Source: an uncultured Verrucomicrobiota bacterium (GTDB lineage Bacteria; Verrucomicrobiota; Kiritimatiellia; CAIQIC01; Lenti-01). Taken from it: 64,000 nt of DNA. Positions 1-10,443 of this stretch are shown here, piece by piece. Location: the NCBI GenBank assembly GCA_964647595.1, contig CAZYGH010000002.1, positions 3,599 through 67,598 on the forward strand, in the 5' to 3' direction. Position 1 is the first letter of the stretch; every line of letters starts with the position of its first letter. The translations under genes and the position numbers were made by a program. A model generated the notes under the pieces. It did no database searches, had not been told where the DNA came from, and saw only the letters and a program-made list of their open reading frames with translations.

Positions 1-360
1 CTTTGCCCTTGTCCATGTCGATCTCACCGAATCCGGCCTCCACCGCCTCTCTTGGAACAGCGTCTCTGGCTTGAGTTATTCCATTGAAGCCAGCCTCACT
101 CCCTCCTCTCGGTATGAAACCGTGTCCACGGACCTCGCCGCCACCCCTCCCCGCAACAGTTGGACCAACCCCGCCGCCCCCCCGGCGCCCCTCTACTACC
201 GCGTCACCATCCCTCCCTTTCTGCCGTAGCCTCCTTCTTCCGCCCCTTTCCAAGCCCGCCACCGCAGGAGACAAAGCCAGCGAAACAATCCCCGCAGAAA
301 AAGAAAAGGTGCATTTCTCCCCATGCGTGGTATGAACAACCCAACAACATACAAGGAGAC

Positions 361-522
361 CGCATGGCCAAGACCAACTACTCGTTCGCAAAGCACCAAA
401 GAGAAGTCGCCAAAAAGCAAAAGAAAGAAGAAAAACGCCAACGAAAAGCAGGCGCTCTTCCAAAAACCGACTCAACGGAACCCGCCGAAGCACAAACGAC
501 GGCAGCCCCAAAAACTCCTTAG
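361..522 (+). CDS. Candidate small basic protein (53 aa, Lys/Arg/Glu-rich N-terminus), internal ATG of the 160..522 ORF
   Basis: AAGGAG Shine-Dalgarno 7 nt upstream of ATG at 361 (caaggagaccgcATG). Highly charged MAKTNYSFAKHQREVAKKQKKEEKRQRK start. The rest of 1-600 is Pro-rich and looks non-coding. Confidence 0.25.
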   Translation, partial: RMAKTNYSFAKHQREVAKKQKKEEKRQRKAGALPKTDSTEPAEAQTTAAPKTP

Positions 523-640
523 TTTGTTCCCGTCCACCAAGGAACACATTCTGGCGGATTTTTTTCTTTTTTTGCACCACCTCCTGTTTTAATTTATTCC
601 CATGGGCAAAAATAACGACGCCCTTCATAAAGGATATCCC

Positions 641-1327
641 ATGAAAAAACAGATGGTTGTGTTCGCCGCCCTGTTGCTCGCCGCTACTCTCGTTCGCGCC
701 CAAGACGATGCCGATGTCATCCCGGCCGCCCCCACCCCCTTGTCCAACTTCAGTCTCGGCGCCCACCTGTCGTATTGGGACGCCAAGGATCTCGACGATC
801 TGGATTTGGAGGGCACCTTCGGCCTCGGCGTCATCGGCCAATACCGCGTCATCCCCCTCCTCGCGCTTGAAATGCGCATCAGCGGCTATATCGCCGGAGA
901 ATCCGAAGACATGTACGTGGATGGCGAAGGCTGGTATGACAACGACACCACCCTCGTGGTGGCCCCCTTCGAAGCCGGCCTCGTCGGCTTCCTGCCCCTC
1001 ACCCAAAAAATCAGCCTCTATGCCGGCCCCGGCGTGGGCTACTACTTCTTCGATGGCGAAGCCACCCTCTCCCAAGGCCCGCTCGACATCACCTATGACC
1101 TCGACATGGATGACGAAGTCGGCTTCTACGCCTTGGCCGGCGCCCGCGCCCAACTCGCCCGCAACGTCGCCCTTTTCCTCGAAGGCAAATACACCTGGGT
1201 TGAAACCAACCTGAAGCACGATGTCATCGCCTTCAACGCCCTGCGCGAAATCCACATTGCCGATGTCGATGAGGATATCGACTTCAGCGGCCTCTCCATC
1301 GAAGCCGGCATGATCTTCACGTTCTAG
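641..1327 (+). CDS. Secreted outer-membrane beta-barrel-like protein
   Basis: Signal peptide MKKQMVVFAALLLAATLVRAQ. Alternating hydrophobic pattern and C-terminal ...GMIFTF aromatic terminus typical of OMP beta-barrels. aagga RBS 8 nt upstream of the internal ATG. Confidence 0.5.
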   Translation: MKKQMVVFAALLLAATLVRAQDDADVIPAAPTPLSNFSLGAHLSYWDAKDLDDLDLEGTFGLGVIGQYRVIPLLALEMRISGYIAGESEDMYVDGEGWYDNDTTLVVAPFEAGLVGFLPLTQKISLYAGPGVGYYFFDGEATLSQGPLDITYDLDMDDEVGFYALAGARAQLARNVALFLEGKYTWVETNLKHDVIAFNALREIHIADVDEDIDFSGLSIEAGMIFTF

Positions 1328-1340
1328 CTCAGGAAGTCCC

Positions 1341-1649
1341 ATGGTCAAACACATCGTCGCATGGCGGCTCAAAGAGTCCGCTCACGGAAACGACAAAGCC
1401 ACCAACGCCCGCCTCATCCGCGAAAAACTCGAAGCCCTGCGCGGCCAAATCCCCGGCCTCCTTCACATCGAAGTCGGGGTCGATTTCTCCGCCACCGAAA
1501 CCAGCGCCGACCTCGTCCTCCTCACCGAGTTCGAATCCCGCGCCGACCTCGCCACCTATTATCCCCACCCCGCCCACCAAGCCGTCGCCGCCTTCGTCCG
1601 CGAAGCCGTCTGCGAACGCCGCCTCATCGACTACGAAATCACCCCCTAG
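1341..1649 (+). CDS. Dabb-family stress-responsive alpha/beta-barrel protein
   Basis: 102 aa. MVKHIVAWRLKE...LLHIEVGVDF...HPAHQAV pattern characteristic of the Dabb domain. Confidence 0.7.
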   Translation: MVKHIVAWRLKESAHGNDKATNARLIREKLEALRGQIPGLLHIEVGVDFSATETSADLVLLTEFESRADLATYYPHPAHQAVAAFVREAVCERRLIDYEITP

Positions 1650-1787
1650 ATCCCGCTTCCCCGTCCCATCTCAACGGCTTCTGAGCGCGCCCATCTAACC
1701 CGTCAAACTCAGCCTCCCCCCTCCCCTTCTTCATTCATAATTTTTAATTCTTAATTCTTCATTCACTTCCTTCACTCCCCCTCCCCC

Positions 1788-2495
1788 ATGCTCCCCCTCC
1801 CCTCTCCCACCGAAATCCGCGAAATCCTCCGCACTCACCTCGAACAACTGCTACGCCCTACGCTAGACCCCGTCGCCGCTGAAGCTATCACAACCGCCGT
1901 TGTTCAGTATCTCGCCGACCAACACCTCTCCCCCCCCCTCCCCGACGACTATCTCCACATGATGATCTACCGCGCCCTCCGCGCCCTTCATCAAGACGAT
2001 GCCGCCCGCACGTGGGCCGCCACCCATCTTCCCGGCAGCGACGACCTCCCTGTCTTCGATCCCGATGTCTGGCCCGGCCCCGTCCCCCTCCTCGTTTGGC
2101 AACTCTTCGCCTCCCGCCTCGTCCGCCCCGCCCGCACCCTCACCGCCGAAGGTTGCATCCTCTGGACGCTCGACTTCCGCCGCATCCGCCAGGAACAAGC
2201 CGGCTGGCTCGAAATCACTCTCCTCCCCGGCCTGCGCGCCCTCCTCGAACAACTCGCTCCCGCGTGGGACGACACCGCCGGCGCCGGACTCCTCGGCCTC
2301 CGCGGCCTCTACGCCGCCGGGTTCGCCCCCACCCCGCGACGCCCCCGCAAAGCCAAATCCCCCGCCGACTACGCCCCCCTCGATGCCGCTGCCATCCGCT
2401 CCTACTGTCTCCGCGTCATGACCCACCTCCAAACCGCCCGCCACTGGCGCTCCACCCCCGAAGTCCTCTACCTCGATTTTCCCCCGCGAAAATAA
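1788..2495 (+). CDS. Hypothetical protein
   Basis: 235-aa ORF with balanced composition. No recognisable motif. Confidence 0.45.
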   Translation: MLPLPSPTEIREILRTHLEQLLRPTLDPVAAEAITTAVVQYLADQHLSPPLPDDYLHMMIYRALRALHQDDAARTWAATHLPGSDDLPVFDPDVWPGPVPLLVWQLFASRLVRPARTLTAEGCILWTLDFRRIRQEQAGWLEITLLPGLRALLEQLAPAWDDTAGAGLLGLRGLYAAGFAPTPRRPRKAKSPADYAPLDAAAIRSYCLRVMTHLQTARHWRSTPEVLYLDFPPRK

Positions 2496-2533
2496 GTTCC
2501 CAAAATGGGACTCCGTTACAAAAGTCAGAGCTT

Positions 2534-3580
2534 CTACATAAATCGTTCCATGTCCGCCTGTACCATCTCCAAGGCGGGAAGCGAACGGCATCTCTGGACT
2601 TGAATACCCAGCTCCCCGCAGATGGGGGACAGAATCATTTGAAGCCACGCGTTGTTCACCAACAGGGTGGAAGGCTTAATCTTATGGTTCATCAGAGCTT
2701 TCACGACCCGTCCAGGCAACTGTTCCCACATGGCTTGGAGGGTGGTTTCCACGGTCATCATGTCGAACCCAAAAGAAAAGGCCGATTCGGATTCCACGAG
2801 AATCAGAAAATATGGAAACCGAGGGCGTTCACCCGGGTTTCCGATGAGGTGGGGAATCAGGGAAACACCCAATTCGACGCACATATCCGTTACAGGGATG
2901 AACCGCATGGCATCAACAATCGACTGGGGAATGGTAATCCGCAAGTGCTGCGGTTCTTGGGGATATTCCCGCACCTCTTCCCTCCAGACCGTATGACCAT
3001 CCTGGACTTCCTGAATCCGGACCCAAAATCGACCCTTGGAGCCGATTTCCGGAAGAATGGACGGATCCTTTTTGAAGCGCGGGGCGAATTCCAGCAGTTG
3101 CTCCATGGCAAGCAAGAGGGGGGAGACTTCGCTAGGTTCAATATACCACGGCGCATATCCCGCCCGAAAACTTTTGTACTGCGGCCATGCCGCTCGACCC
3201 CGGGGGGAAATCCCAAGCGATTTGACGACTTTTTTTTCTTCGGGGCACAAATCGGTTGCCGAACCGAAAATAGCTTGGAGATGGGGTGTTTCCAAAACCT
3301 CATCCATCCGCTTATTGTCGGTATTTTTTTGGAGGTGCAAAATTTGGTGCATGGCCAAAGGAGATTCATAGAGCGCCATGGAATGATAATCCCCGAGTGC
3401 GCCCATGACGCTGATGAAAGACGGAAGCTCAGCTCCGATCGGCTGAATGCCAAAGACATCGGATTCTTCCATCCACGTCCACGGCTTCATTTCTGCGATG
3501 CGCAGGGAGGCCTCCATCAAGGTTTTCCATTGTTCCATGGAGATGGCAGAGAGCGGATGGTTGTGTTTTTTTCGTGGCAT
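2534..3580 (-). CDS. Conserved hypothetical protein (348 aa)
   Basis: Balanced, non-repetitive composition. The opposite-strand Arg/Pro-rich 526-aa ORF is a typical high-GC artefact. Confidence 0.55.
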   Translation of the reverse strand: MPRKKHNHPLSAISMEQWKTLMEASLRIAEMKPWTWMEESDVFGIQPIGAELPSFISVMGALGDYHSMALYESPLAMHQILHLQKNTDNKRMDEVLETPHLQAIFGSATDLCPEEKKVVKSLGISPRGRAAWPQYKSFRAGYAPWYIEPSEVSPLLLAMEQLLEFAPRFKKDPSILPEIGSKGRFWVRIQEVQDGHTVWREEVREYPQEPQHLRITIPQSIVDAMRFIPVTDMCVELGVSLIPHLIGNPGERPRFPYFLILVESESAFSFGFDMMTVETTLQAMWEQLPGRVVKALMNHKIKPSTLLVNNAWLQMILSPICGELGIQVQRCRSLPALEMVQADMERFM

Positions 3581-3770
3581 GGGCTATCCTGAAGTGGATT
3601 GTTGAAACGGCCTTCACACTATCTCTAAAACCGAGCACCCAATCAAGCCCTGTCCGTTAAGTTAGTCACAGCTACTCCAAGACCCCCGCGACCTGGGCCA
3701 CCCCTTGGGCTCATCCTCGTTTCATTGACTTCAATCTTCCGACTCCTCCCTCTCCGTGAATCTCCGTGCC

Positions 3771-3803
3771 CTCTGTGAGAGAAATTCCATCCCTCTCACA
3801 GAG
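3771..3803. promoter_or_regulatory. Perfect 11-bp inverted repeat (ctctgtgagag-N11-ctctcacagag) in the divergent promoter region upstream of pgl
   Basis: Read directly from sequence. Lies between the divergent 2534..3580(-) gene and the pgl-zwf-gnd operon. Confidence 0.4.
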
Positions 3804-3894
3804 TCCACAGGGGAACACAGAGTCTCCTCCTATCAAAATTCCCGTCTCATCCCCCCTCTCATTTTCTAAAAGAGCGGTGGCAAAAGCCTCCCAC

Positions 3895-4632
3895 ATGAGC
3901 GATAGTATCCTGTCTATGAAGCCGAACCTCGAGATTCTGGAAAATCGCAAAACCCTCGCACTCGCCTTGGCCACGCGCCTCTCGACTCTCGCCAACGAAT
4001 CTCTCACCGCTCACGGTACTTTCCGCCTCGTCCTTCCCGGCGGCTCGGTTGTCTCCCTCCTCGCACAAGGGCTGGCACACCACCCCGTTGATGCCTCTCG
4101 TTGGGAACTCTTTTGGACCGATGAACGCTGCGTGCCACTCACCCATCCCGACAGCAATTTTCTTCTCGCCCAAACCCACCTCTTCCCCGTGTTGCAAATT
4201 TCTCCCTCCCGCATTCACCCCATCCAAGGCCATCTCGGTCCCGAAGCCGCCGCCCTTGCCTATGAAGCCGAACTAGCAAATGCGTTGACTCCATTCGATC
4301 TGATTCTGCTGGGCGTGGGCGAGGACGGACACATCGCTTCGCTGTTTCCCGAAAATCTCGCGCTTCTCGAAACCTCCCGTACCGTGGTTCCCGTGCGCCA
4401 CGCACCCAAGCCCCCACCCGAACGCGTGACTCTCACCCTGCCCACCCTCCTCCACGCCCGCCACGTTTGGGTCGTGGCGGCCGGCGAAGGAAAACAATCC
4501 ATTCTGCAACACGTGTTTTCTCCCGTCTCCAGCGCATCTTCCTTGCCCGCTCAACTCCTGCAGGCCTCCCACGGAACCGTCACGTGGATGATCGATCGCG
4601 CCGCCGCCCCCACCGCAAAGGATCCCTCATGA
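3895..4632 (+). CDS. pgl: 6-phosphogluconolactonase
   Basis: FRLVLPGGS...[12 protein letters not shown]...[17 protein letters not shown] motifs. Stop overlaps the zwf start (ATGA). Start could alternatively be at 3916. Confidence 0.8.
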   Translation: MSDSILSMKPNLEILENRKTLALALATRLSTLANESLTAHGTFRLVLPGGSVVSLLAQGLAHHPVDASRWELFWTDERCVPLTHPDSNFLLAQTHLFPVLQISPSRIHPIQGHLGPEAAALAYEAELANALTPFDLILLGVGEDGHIASLFPENLALLETSRTVVPVRHAPKPPPERVTLTLPTLLHARHVWVVAAGEGKQSILQHVFSPVSSASSLPAQLLQASHGTVTWMIDRAAAPTAKDPS

Positions 4633-6077
4633 GCCACACCCCTCCCAAAGCCGACAGCACTACCATCGTCATTTTTGGAGCCTCGGGCGACCTCACCCAC
4701 CGCAAGCTCATTCCCGCCCTCTATCGCAATCTCAAAAAAGGACGCCTGAAAGATCAAACCCGCATCGTGGGCGTCGCCCGCCGCGACTGGAGCAACGACG
4801 TTTTCCGCGAGCGTCTCCTCGACGGCGTTAAACGGTTCGGCGGCACGTTCGATGATGCCGCATGGGCCGATTTCTCCCAGCGCATCCATTATGTGCGCGG
4901 CGATCTGGAAGTGGCCGCCGACTATGCCCATGTCGATGCCCGCCTGCGCGAAATCGAAGCCGGTCCCGCCAATCGGTTGTATTACTTGGCCACCGCTCCT
5001 GAATTTTATGGCCCCGCCTGCGATCACCTCGCCGCTGCCGGAATGAACACCGAAACCGAAGGCTGGCGCCGCGTCATCATCGAAAAACCGTTTGGCCACG
5101 ATCTCGCCTCTGCCGTCGCGCTGAATGAGCGCGTGCATGACTCTTTCCGAGAACATCAGGTCTACCGCATCGACCACTATCTGGGAAAAGAAACTGCTCA
5201 AAACATCATGTTTTTGCGTTTCGCCAATACGTTGTTCGAGCCCGTGTGGAATCGCCGCTATGTCTCCAATGTTCAAATCACCGTGGCCGAAGATGTCGAT
5301 GTCGGCAGTCGCGGCGGCTACTACGACACCGCCGGCGTCCTGCGCGATATGTTCCAAAACCATTTGCTTCAACTGCTCTCGCTCGTCGCCATGGAACCCC
5401 CCGCCTCCCTCGATGCCAATGCCGTCCGCAACGAGAAAGCCAAAGTGCTCGGCAACATCCGCCTCATTCGGCTCACCGATACCGTCCGCGCCCAATATGA
5501 AGGCTATCGCTCTTCCGAACGCGTCGGCCCCGATTCGCAAACGCCCACCTTCGCCGCTCTCAAACTGTACATCGACAACTGGCGCTGGAAGGGCGTCCCG
5601 TTTTATCTGCGCTCCGGCAAAGCCATGCCCTCGCGCACCAGCACCATCATTGTGGAATTCCAAGCCCCCCCCGACATCATGTTCGGCCTCGCCCGCAAAA
5701 AAGCGTTCACCCCCAACATGCTCACTATCTGCATCCAGCCCGAGGAAGGAGTCCATCTGCGCTTCGAAACCAAAGTGCCCGACACCATCGCCGATTCCAA
5801 ATCCGCCAAAATGGATTTCAGCTATCGCGAAGCGTTCCCCGATGTCGTCCTGCCCGATGCCTACGAACGCCTCCTCCTCGATGCGCTCAAAGGCGATGCC
5901 TCCCTGTTTGCCCGTAACGATGCCATCGAATTGGCCTGGCGCTTGATCGACCCCATCCTGTTCGGATGGAACAAAGCTCCCGAAATTTCTCCCCTGCGCA
6001 CCTACGCTAAAGGCTCGTGGGGCCCCGAACAATCCAACGAACTCGTAGCCCGCGATGATCATGTCTGGCGGCTATGA
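4629..6077 (+). CDS. zwf: Glucose-6-phosphate 1-dehydrogenase
   Basis: [24 protein letters not shown]-binding motif, RIDHYLGKE active-site motif, full-length ~480 aa. Confidence 0.9.
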   Translation: MSHTPPKADSTTIVIFGASGDLTHRKLIPALYRNLKKGRLKDQTRIVGVARRDWSNDVFRERLLDGVKRFGGTFDDAAWADFSQRIHYVRGDLEVAADYAHVDARLREIEAGPANRLYYLATAPEFYGPACDHLAAAGMNTETEGWRRVIIEKPFGHDLASAVALNERVHDSFREHQVYRIDHYLGKETAQNIMFLRFANTLFEPVWNRRYVSNVQITVAEDVDVGSRGGYYDTAGVLRDMFQNHLLQLLSLVAMEPPASLDANAVRNEKAKVLGNIRLIRLTDTVRAQYEGYRSSERVGPDSQTPTFAALKLYIDNWRWKGVPFYLRSGKAMPSRTSTIIVEFQAPPDIMFGLARKKAFTPNMLTICIQPEEGVHLRFETKVPDTIADSKSAKMDFSYREAFPDVVLPDAYERLLLDALKGDASLFARNDAIELAWRLIDPILFGWNKAPEISPLRTYAKGSWGPEQSNELVARDDHVWRL

Positions 6078-6102
6078 CGAACCCCAACGAAGGAAAACCA
6101 AA

Positions 6103-7560
6103 ATGAAAACAAAAGCAGATATCGGTGTCGTCGGCTTGGCCGTCATGGGCGAAAACCTCATTCTTAACATGGAAAGCAAAGGCTTCACCGTCGCCTGCTT
6201 CAATCGCACCACCGCCAAAGTGGACGCCTTCATCCACGGCCGCGGCAAAGACAAAAATCTGATCGGTTGCCACTCCCCCGCCGAGCTTGTCGTCGCTCTC
6301 GAACGTCCGCGCAAAGTCATGATGATGGTCCGCGCCGGCCGCGCCGTCGATGAACTCATCCACGAACTCATTCCCCTGCTGGAACCCGGCGATATCTTGA
6401 TCGATGGCGGCAACAGCTATTATCCCGACACCATCCGCCGTTGCGCCGACATCGAAAAGCATGGCCTTCTCTATGTCGGCACCGGCGTCTCCGGCGGCGA
6501 AGAAGGCGCCCTCAAAGGCCCTTCCATCATGCCCGGCGGAAATGCCAACGCGTGGCCCGCCCTTCGCCCCATCTTCCAAGCCATCGCCGCCAAAGTGGAC
6601 GATGGCTCCCCCTGCTGCGAATGGCTCGGCCCCGACGGTGCCGGCCACTTCGTGAAAATGGTCCACAACGGAATTGAATACGGCGACATGCAACTCATTG
6701 GCGAAGCCTATCACCTCATGTCCCAAGGTCTCGGCATGTCGCCCGCCGAAATGTCCGATGTCTTCCGCCGCTGGAACCATGGCGTGCTGGATTCGTATCT
6801 CATCGAAATCACCGCCGACATTCTCGCCAAGACCGACGACGAAACCGGCAAGCCCCTCGTCGATGTCATCCTCGATGCCGCCGGACAAAAAGGCACCGGC
6901 AAATGGACCTCACAAGCCGGACTCGATCTCGGCGTCGGCATTCCCCAAATCGCCGAAGCCGTCTTTGCCCGTTGCCTGTCCGCCATCAAAGAAGAACGAG
7001 TCGCCGCCGCTCCCCACCTCGTTGGCCCCAATCAACAATTCTCTGGCGACAAAACGGCTTTCCTCGCCGACCTCGAACAAGCCGTCTACGCCGCCAAAAT
7101 TTGCTCCTACGCCCAAGGCTATCAACTTCTCCGCGCCGCATCCGAGGAACACGACTGGAAGTTGAACTACGGCAACATCGCCCTCCTCTGGCGCGGCGGC
7201 TGCATCATCCGCGCGCAATTCCTCGGGAAAATCAAAGAAGCATTTGATGCCAACCCCGCCCTCGCCAATCTCCTCCTCGCGCCATACTTCAAAGACGTCA
7301 TCGCCCACGCACAATCCTCCTGGCGACGCGTCATCAAAACCGCCATCGATCTCGGCATCCCCCTCCCCGCCATCTCCACTGCACTGAGCTACTACGACGC
7401 CTACCGTTGTGAACGCCTCCCCGCCAACCTGCTCCAAGCCCAACGCGATTACTTCGGCGCCCACACCTACGAACGCACCGACAAACCCCGCAACGAATTC
7501 TTCCACACCAACTGGACCGGCCAAGGCGGCACCACCGCCTCCACCAGCTACGGCGTCTAA
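6103..7560 (+). CDS. gnd: 6-phosphogluconate dehydrogenase, decarboxylating
   Basis: IGVVGLAVMGENLILN Rossmann motif, MVHNGIEYGDMQLI, full-length ~485 aa. aaggaaaa RBS. Confidence 0.9.
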   Translation: MKTKADIGVVGLAVMGENLILNMESKGFTVACFNRTTAKVDAFIHGRGKDKNLIGCHSPAELVVALERPRKVMMMVRAGRAVDELIHELIPLLEPGDILIDGGNSYYPDTIRRCADIEKHGLLYVGTGVSGGEEGALKGPSIMPGGNANAWPALRPIFQAIAAKVDDGSPCCEWLGPDGAGHFVKMVHNGIEYGDMQLIGEAYHLMSQGLGMSPAEMSDVFRRWNHGVLDSYLIEITADILAKTDDETGKPLVDVILDAAGQKGTGKWTSQAGLDLGVGIPQIAEAVFARCLSAIKEERVAAAPHLVGPNQQFSGDKTAFLADLEQAVYAAKICSYAQGYQLLRAASEEHDWKLNYGNIALLWRGGCIIRAQFLGKIKEAFDANPALANLLLAPYFKDVIAHAQSSWRRVIKTAIDLGIPLPAISTALSYYDAYRCERLPANLLQAQRDYFGAHTYERTDKPRNEFFHTNWTGQGGTTASTSYGV

Positions 7561-7605
7561 CCCCTCCTCCCCGCCCCGCCGGAGCCCATATCTTCCCAAA
7601 AGGTA

Positions 7606-7630
7606 GGGACGGTTCTACGAACCGTCCGCT
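7606..7630 (+). terminator. 9-bp perfect hairpin (ggacggttc-tac-gaaccgtcc) downstream of gnd, weak T-tract
   Basis: Read from sequence. No strong U-run follows, so Rho-independent function is uncertain. Confidence 0.3.
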
Positions 7631-8180
7631 CTATTCTTCCCAAAAAACGGACGCCTCATAGAGGCGACCCTACCTAAACCCAATCCCAAGGAGTCGGACT
7701 TGCTTCACCCCCCACCCCTTTCCTCCAAATAGTGAAAACTATAGGATCCATTCAAGATCATTTAATGAAAGTGACCCCTTTTTGGATCGCTGCGGCTGCT
7801 TATCCATCTGTCGACTCTCGACTTCGGCCGTAGCCTACCCGCCCCCCGTCTATCAAACAAGTATATTGCTCCATTTTCTCAGATGGATCAAACCTTTGTT
7901 CACGCCGTTTTATTAGCATCAATGCCCACCCAGCACCCCATGAATCCGGGCACCAAGTGCTGGAGTGATTGAGTGACCGATGTTTTTGGCTACTGTCCGT
8001 AGCGTTTTCTTGGTTTGCACCGCGCACAGCGGTCGGCCACAAGGAATGTTCGCTTTGAGCCGATGAGGGGCGCACGGTGTCATACGCTGGAGTAGAGAGC
8101 CGAGGGCTTCGGAGGGAAGCCCGAGCGAAGGCAGATGCGCCCCAGTTTATTGACCAGAGCGCATCGAAATATTCAATGGA

Positions 8181-9527
8181 TCAGGGTCGCTGTTCCCAAG
8201 TCCCAGCCGTCATGTTCCGGAACCAACGAGGGTTGGTGGCCCCATTGTACCACAGCCACGCGCTATCACTGGCGCGATACAGGAAAGGATACAGCGTGCT
8301 ACTCGTATACAGCCACCCCATGTCCTGCGCATAAAACCAAATGTTCTGCTGTGTGCTACTGGGCGCGGGATACCAGAACCCTTGTTTGTTATGCCAGATC
8401 CAGCCGTCACTGCCCATCGGCACGTAATCCCCAAACCACGTCAACCGGCGCCAGCTTGCATCAAGGAGTACAAGCCCGTAGTTCCAAGTGTTGTCCGAGA
8501 CCCCATTCCACAATACCGTCGGGCGAAGCTGCCATAAGTCGCCAATCGTGCCAAAGCCAGTGGCCCCAGCAAGGCGATATACCGTTACATTGTTAGAAAT
8601 GTAACTGTATTCGCTAGAATACGAAAACATGCTGTTATCACTCGTGGCCGGTGCATTGCCAAGGAAGTAAACTCGAGCCAAACTGATGCAATTTTGAAAC
8701 ACCATGGCATTCATAACGGTGACATTGGTGGGAATCGTCACGCTGGTCAGGCTATAGCAACTTATGAACATACCCCATTGGATATAGGTAAGACTGGAGG
8801 GGATTGTCACGGCGGTCAAATTGTGGCTTTCCGCAAACGACATGCTCGGACTAGAGGTGACTCCATCCGGAATCGAATAGCTTCCGGACCGAGCTTCTGG
8901 ATATTGGATAAGCTCGGATTTGTTTTTGTTGAACAGAACCCCCTCCGCACTACTGCTAAAGGCCGGATTGTTCGAATCCACGGTGATCGCAAGAATGTCC
9001 GGGCTGAATCCAAATGCCCGGCCTCCGATGATTGTTACGCCAGCGTGGATTGTCACGCCGGTGAGTCCGTTGCACCTTCCAAACGCACCACCCGCGATGG
9101 TAGTGACATTGGAGGGAATCGTATAGCTTCCGGCCCGCAAACCGGGATAGCGGATAAGCGTGGTGGGAGGGTTGTTGAACAGAATGCCATCCTCACTGCT
9201 AAAGGCCGGATTGTTCGAATCTACGGTGAAGGCCGTAATGGCACAGCCGCGGAACGGTTCGTCCCCAATGTTGGTGACGCTGGCGGGAATGGACACGCTG
9301 GACAACCCCGCGTACGAGAACACCCCTTCATCAATGGCAGTGACAGGATATACGCCCAGTGTGTCGGGGATATCGAGTACGACGTTCTCGTTTGTGGAGT
9401 CGTAGACCGTGATAGTGGCATTCCCATTCGTGACTGTATAGGTGTAGGGACCTTCTTGTTGCGCCGTTGCGGCAAGCGGACTTGAGATCGAGGCGGATAG
9501 AGCTAGTAATGCGAGCAGACGTTTCAT
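8181..9527 (-). CDS. Secreted BspA-type leucine-rich-repeat surface protein
   Basis: Signal peptide MKRLLALLALSASISSPLAATAQ. Repeated ~23-aa units (IP.SVT.IG..AF..C..LTSVTIP), the Treponema/Bacteroides BspA-like LRR pattern. Lies in a lower-GC segment. Confidence 0.75.
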   Translation of the reverse strand: MKRLLALLALSASISSPLAATAQQEGPYTYTVTNGNATITVYDSTNENVVLDIPDTLGVYPVTAIDEGVFSYAGLSSVSIPASVTNIGDEPFRGCAITAFTVDSNNPAFSSEDGILFNNPPTTLIRYPGLRAGSYTIPSNVTTIAGGAFGRCNGLTGVTIHAGVTIIGGRAFGFSPDILAITVDSNNPAFSSSAEGVLFNKNKSELIQYPEARSGSYSIPDGVTSSPSMSFAESHNLTAVTIPSSLTYIQWGMFISCYSLTSVTIPTNVTVMNAMVFQNCISLARVYFLGNAPATSDNSMFSYSSEYSYISNNVTVYRLAGATGFGTIGDLWQLRPTVLWNGVSDNTWNYGLVLLDASWRRLTWFGDYVPMGSDGWIWHNKQGFWYPAPSSTQQNIWFYAQDMGWLYTSSTLYPFLYRASDSAWLWYNGATNPRWFRNMTAGTWEQRP

Positions 9528-10443
9528 GGCTTCTCCTTCGTGGGTTATTCAGACGCTTCAACGAAGGTCATAATGTGCTATTAGCTGAGTAACGCAACCT
9601 TTCCTTTTACCCATTACCCCAATCATTAGCGCTGGCCATCCCACAACCCATCGCCGTCCCGCCAAGGGGTCAGTCCTTGCATTGTAGCATTCTATGAAAG
9701 GGTCCGTTTCATATACTGATATTTTCCATCCCTCCCACAGTTTCGGATTTCCAATATCCTTTCGGATCGAAACCGGTTGAGGAGGAGTACAACCGGACGT
9801 CAAAACTCCTCCGCGTCTCCGCGACTTTGCGAAAAAATCGGCTGTTCCTCTTCCATCTTTAACCCCATCCCCGATCTATTCTCCCGCAGAGGCGCAGCGA
9901 ATCTATGAGGGAGTCAAATCCTCGCATCAGGGTTGGGACATATCTATGAAATGTCTTCTCGATTTTACCGGACGGTTCATCGCGCCGTCCCTACCCGCCC
10001 CAATCCGTACAAGAACCCTCCCCTTTCATATTTTTCTTGGCACGTTTTCTACGCTGCCATAGTCATAAGTTTCTCCGTGACAATGGCGGAAATCAAACAA
10101 CCGTTGTCTCTCGCCAAGGACGCAAAGAGGGGCATGCCCATGCAACACCCCCCGTTCTGTTGCGCCTGTTTAAATGACCCTTTTCTAGTCCGTGGAAGTT
10201 TCGGATTTTTCCCGGTTGCCTTCGTACGCGGCTTGGCCGCAAAGCAGTCAGGCACCTCTCCGCGCCTCTGCGCGAAAACATGGTTGCCCGGATCGGCGTT
10301 TGCGTTCCTTTTGCGCCCATTGCGCCTCTTGCGTTAAATGGATCGAAAGATTGGGTTGCGGCTCTGCCGCGCTGTGTCCATCCGTGGTTCTTACAACTCA
10401 GCGTTTGCGAGAAGTTGAGGCAAGACGTTGCGATACTTTATCC

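Noticed and set aside
2012-3592. 526-aa plus-strand ORF overlapping 1788..2495 and antisense to 2534..3580
   Set aside because: Extremely Arg/Pro-rich (RPRPPPRL...), typical GC-rich wrong-frame artefact. The minus-strand 348-aa ORF has normal composition.
4551-7599. Long minus-strand ORFs (503, 293, 229 aa) across zwf/gnd
   Set aside because: Antisense shadows of pgl/zwf/gnd. Gly/Ala-rich artefact translations.
7790-8180. Possible RNase P RNA, tmRNA or SRP RNA in the structured gnd/LRR convergent spacer
   Set aside because: None of the universal signatures (GGAAAGUCCGG for RNase P, tRNA-like CCA end for tmRNA, GGUGCUGUUUACC-type SRP helix) are present on either strand. Kept only as an unclassified structured region.
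9933-10337. 134-aa plus-strand ORF in the LRR-gene upstream region
   Set aside because: Cys/Arg/Leu-rich with no start context. Overlaps the TTGCG-rich non-coding motif region.
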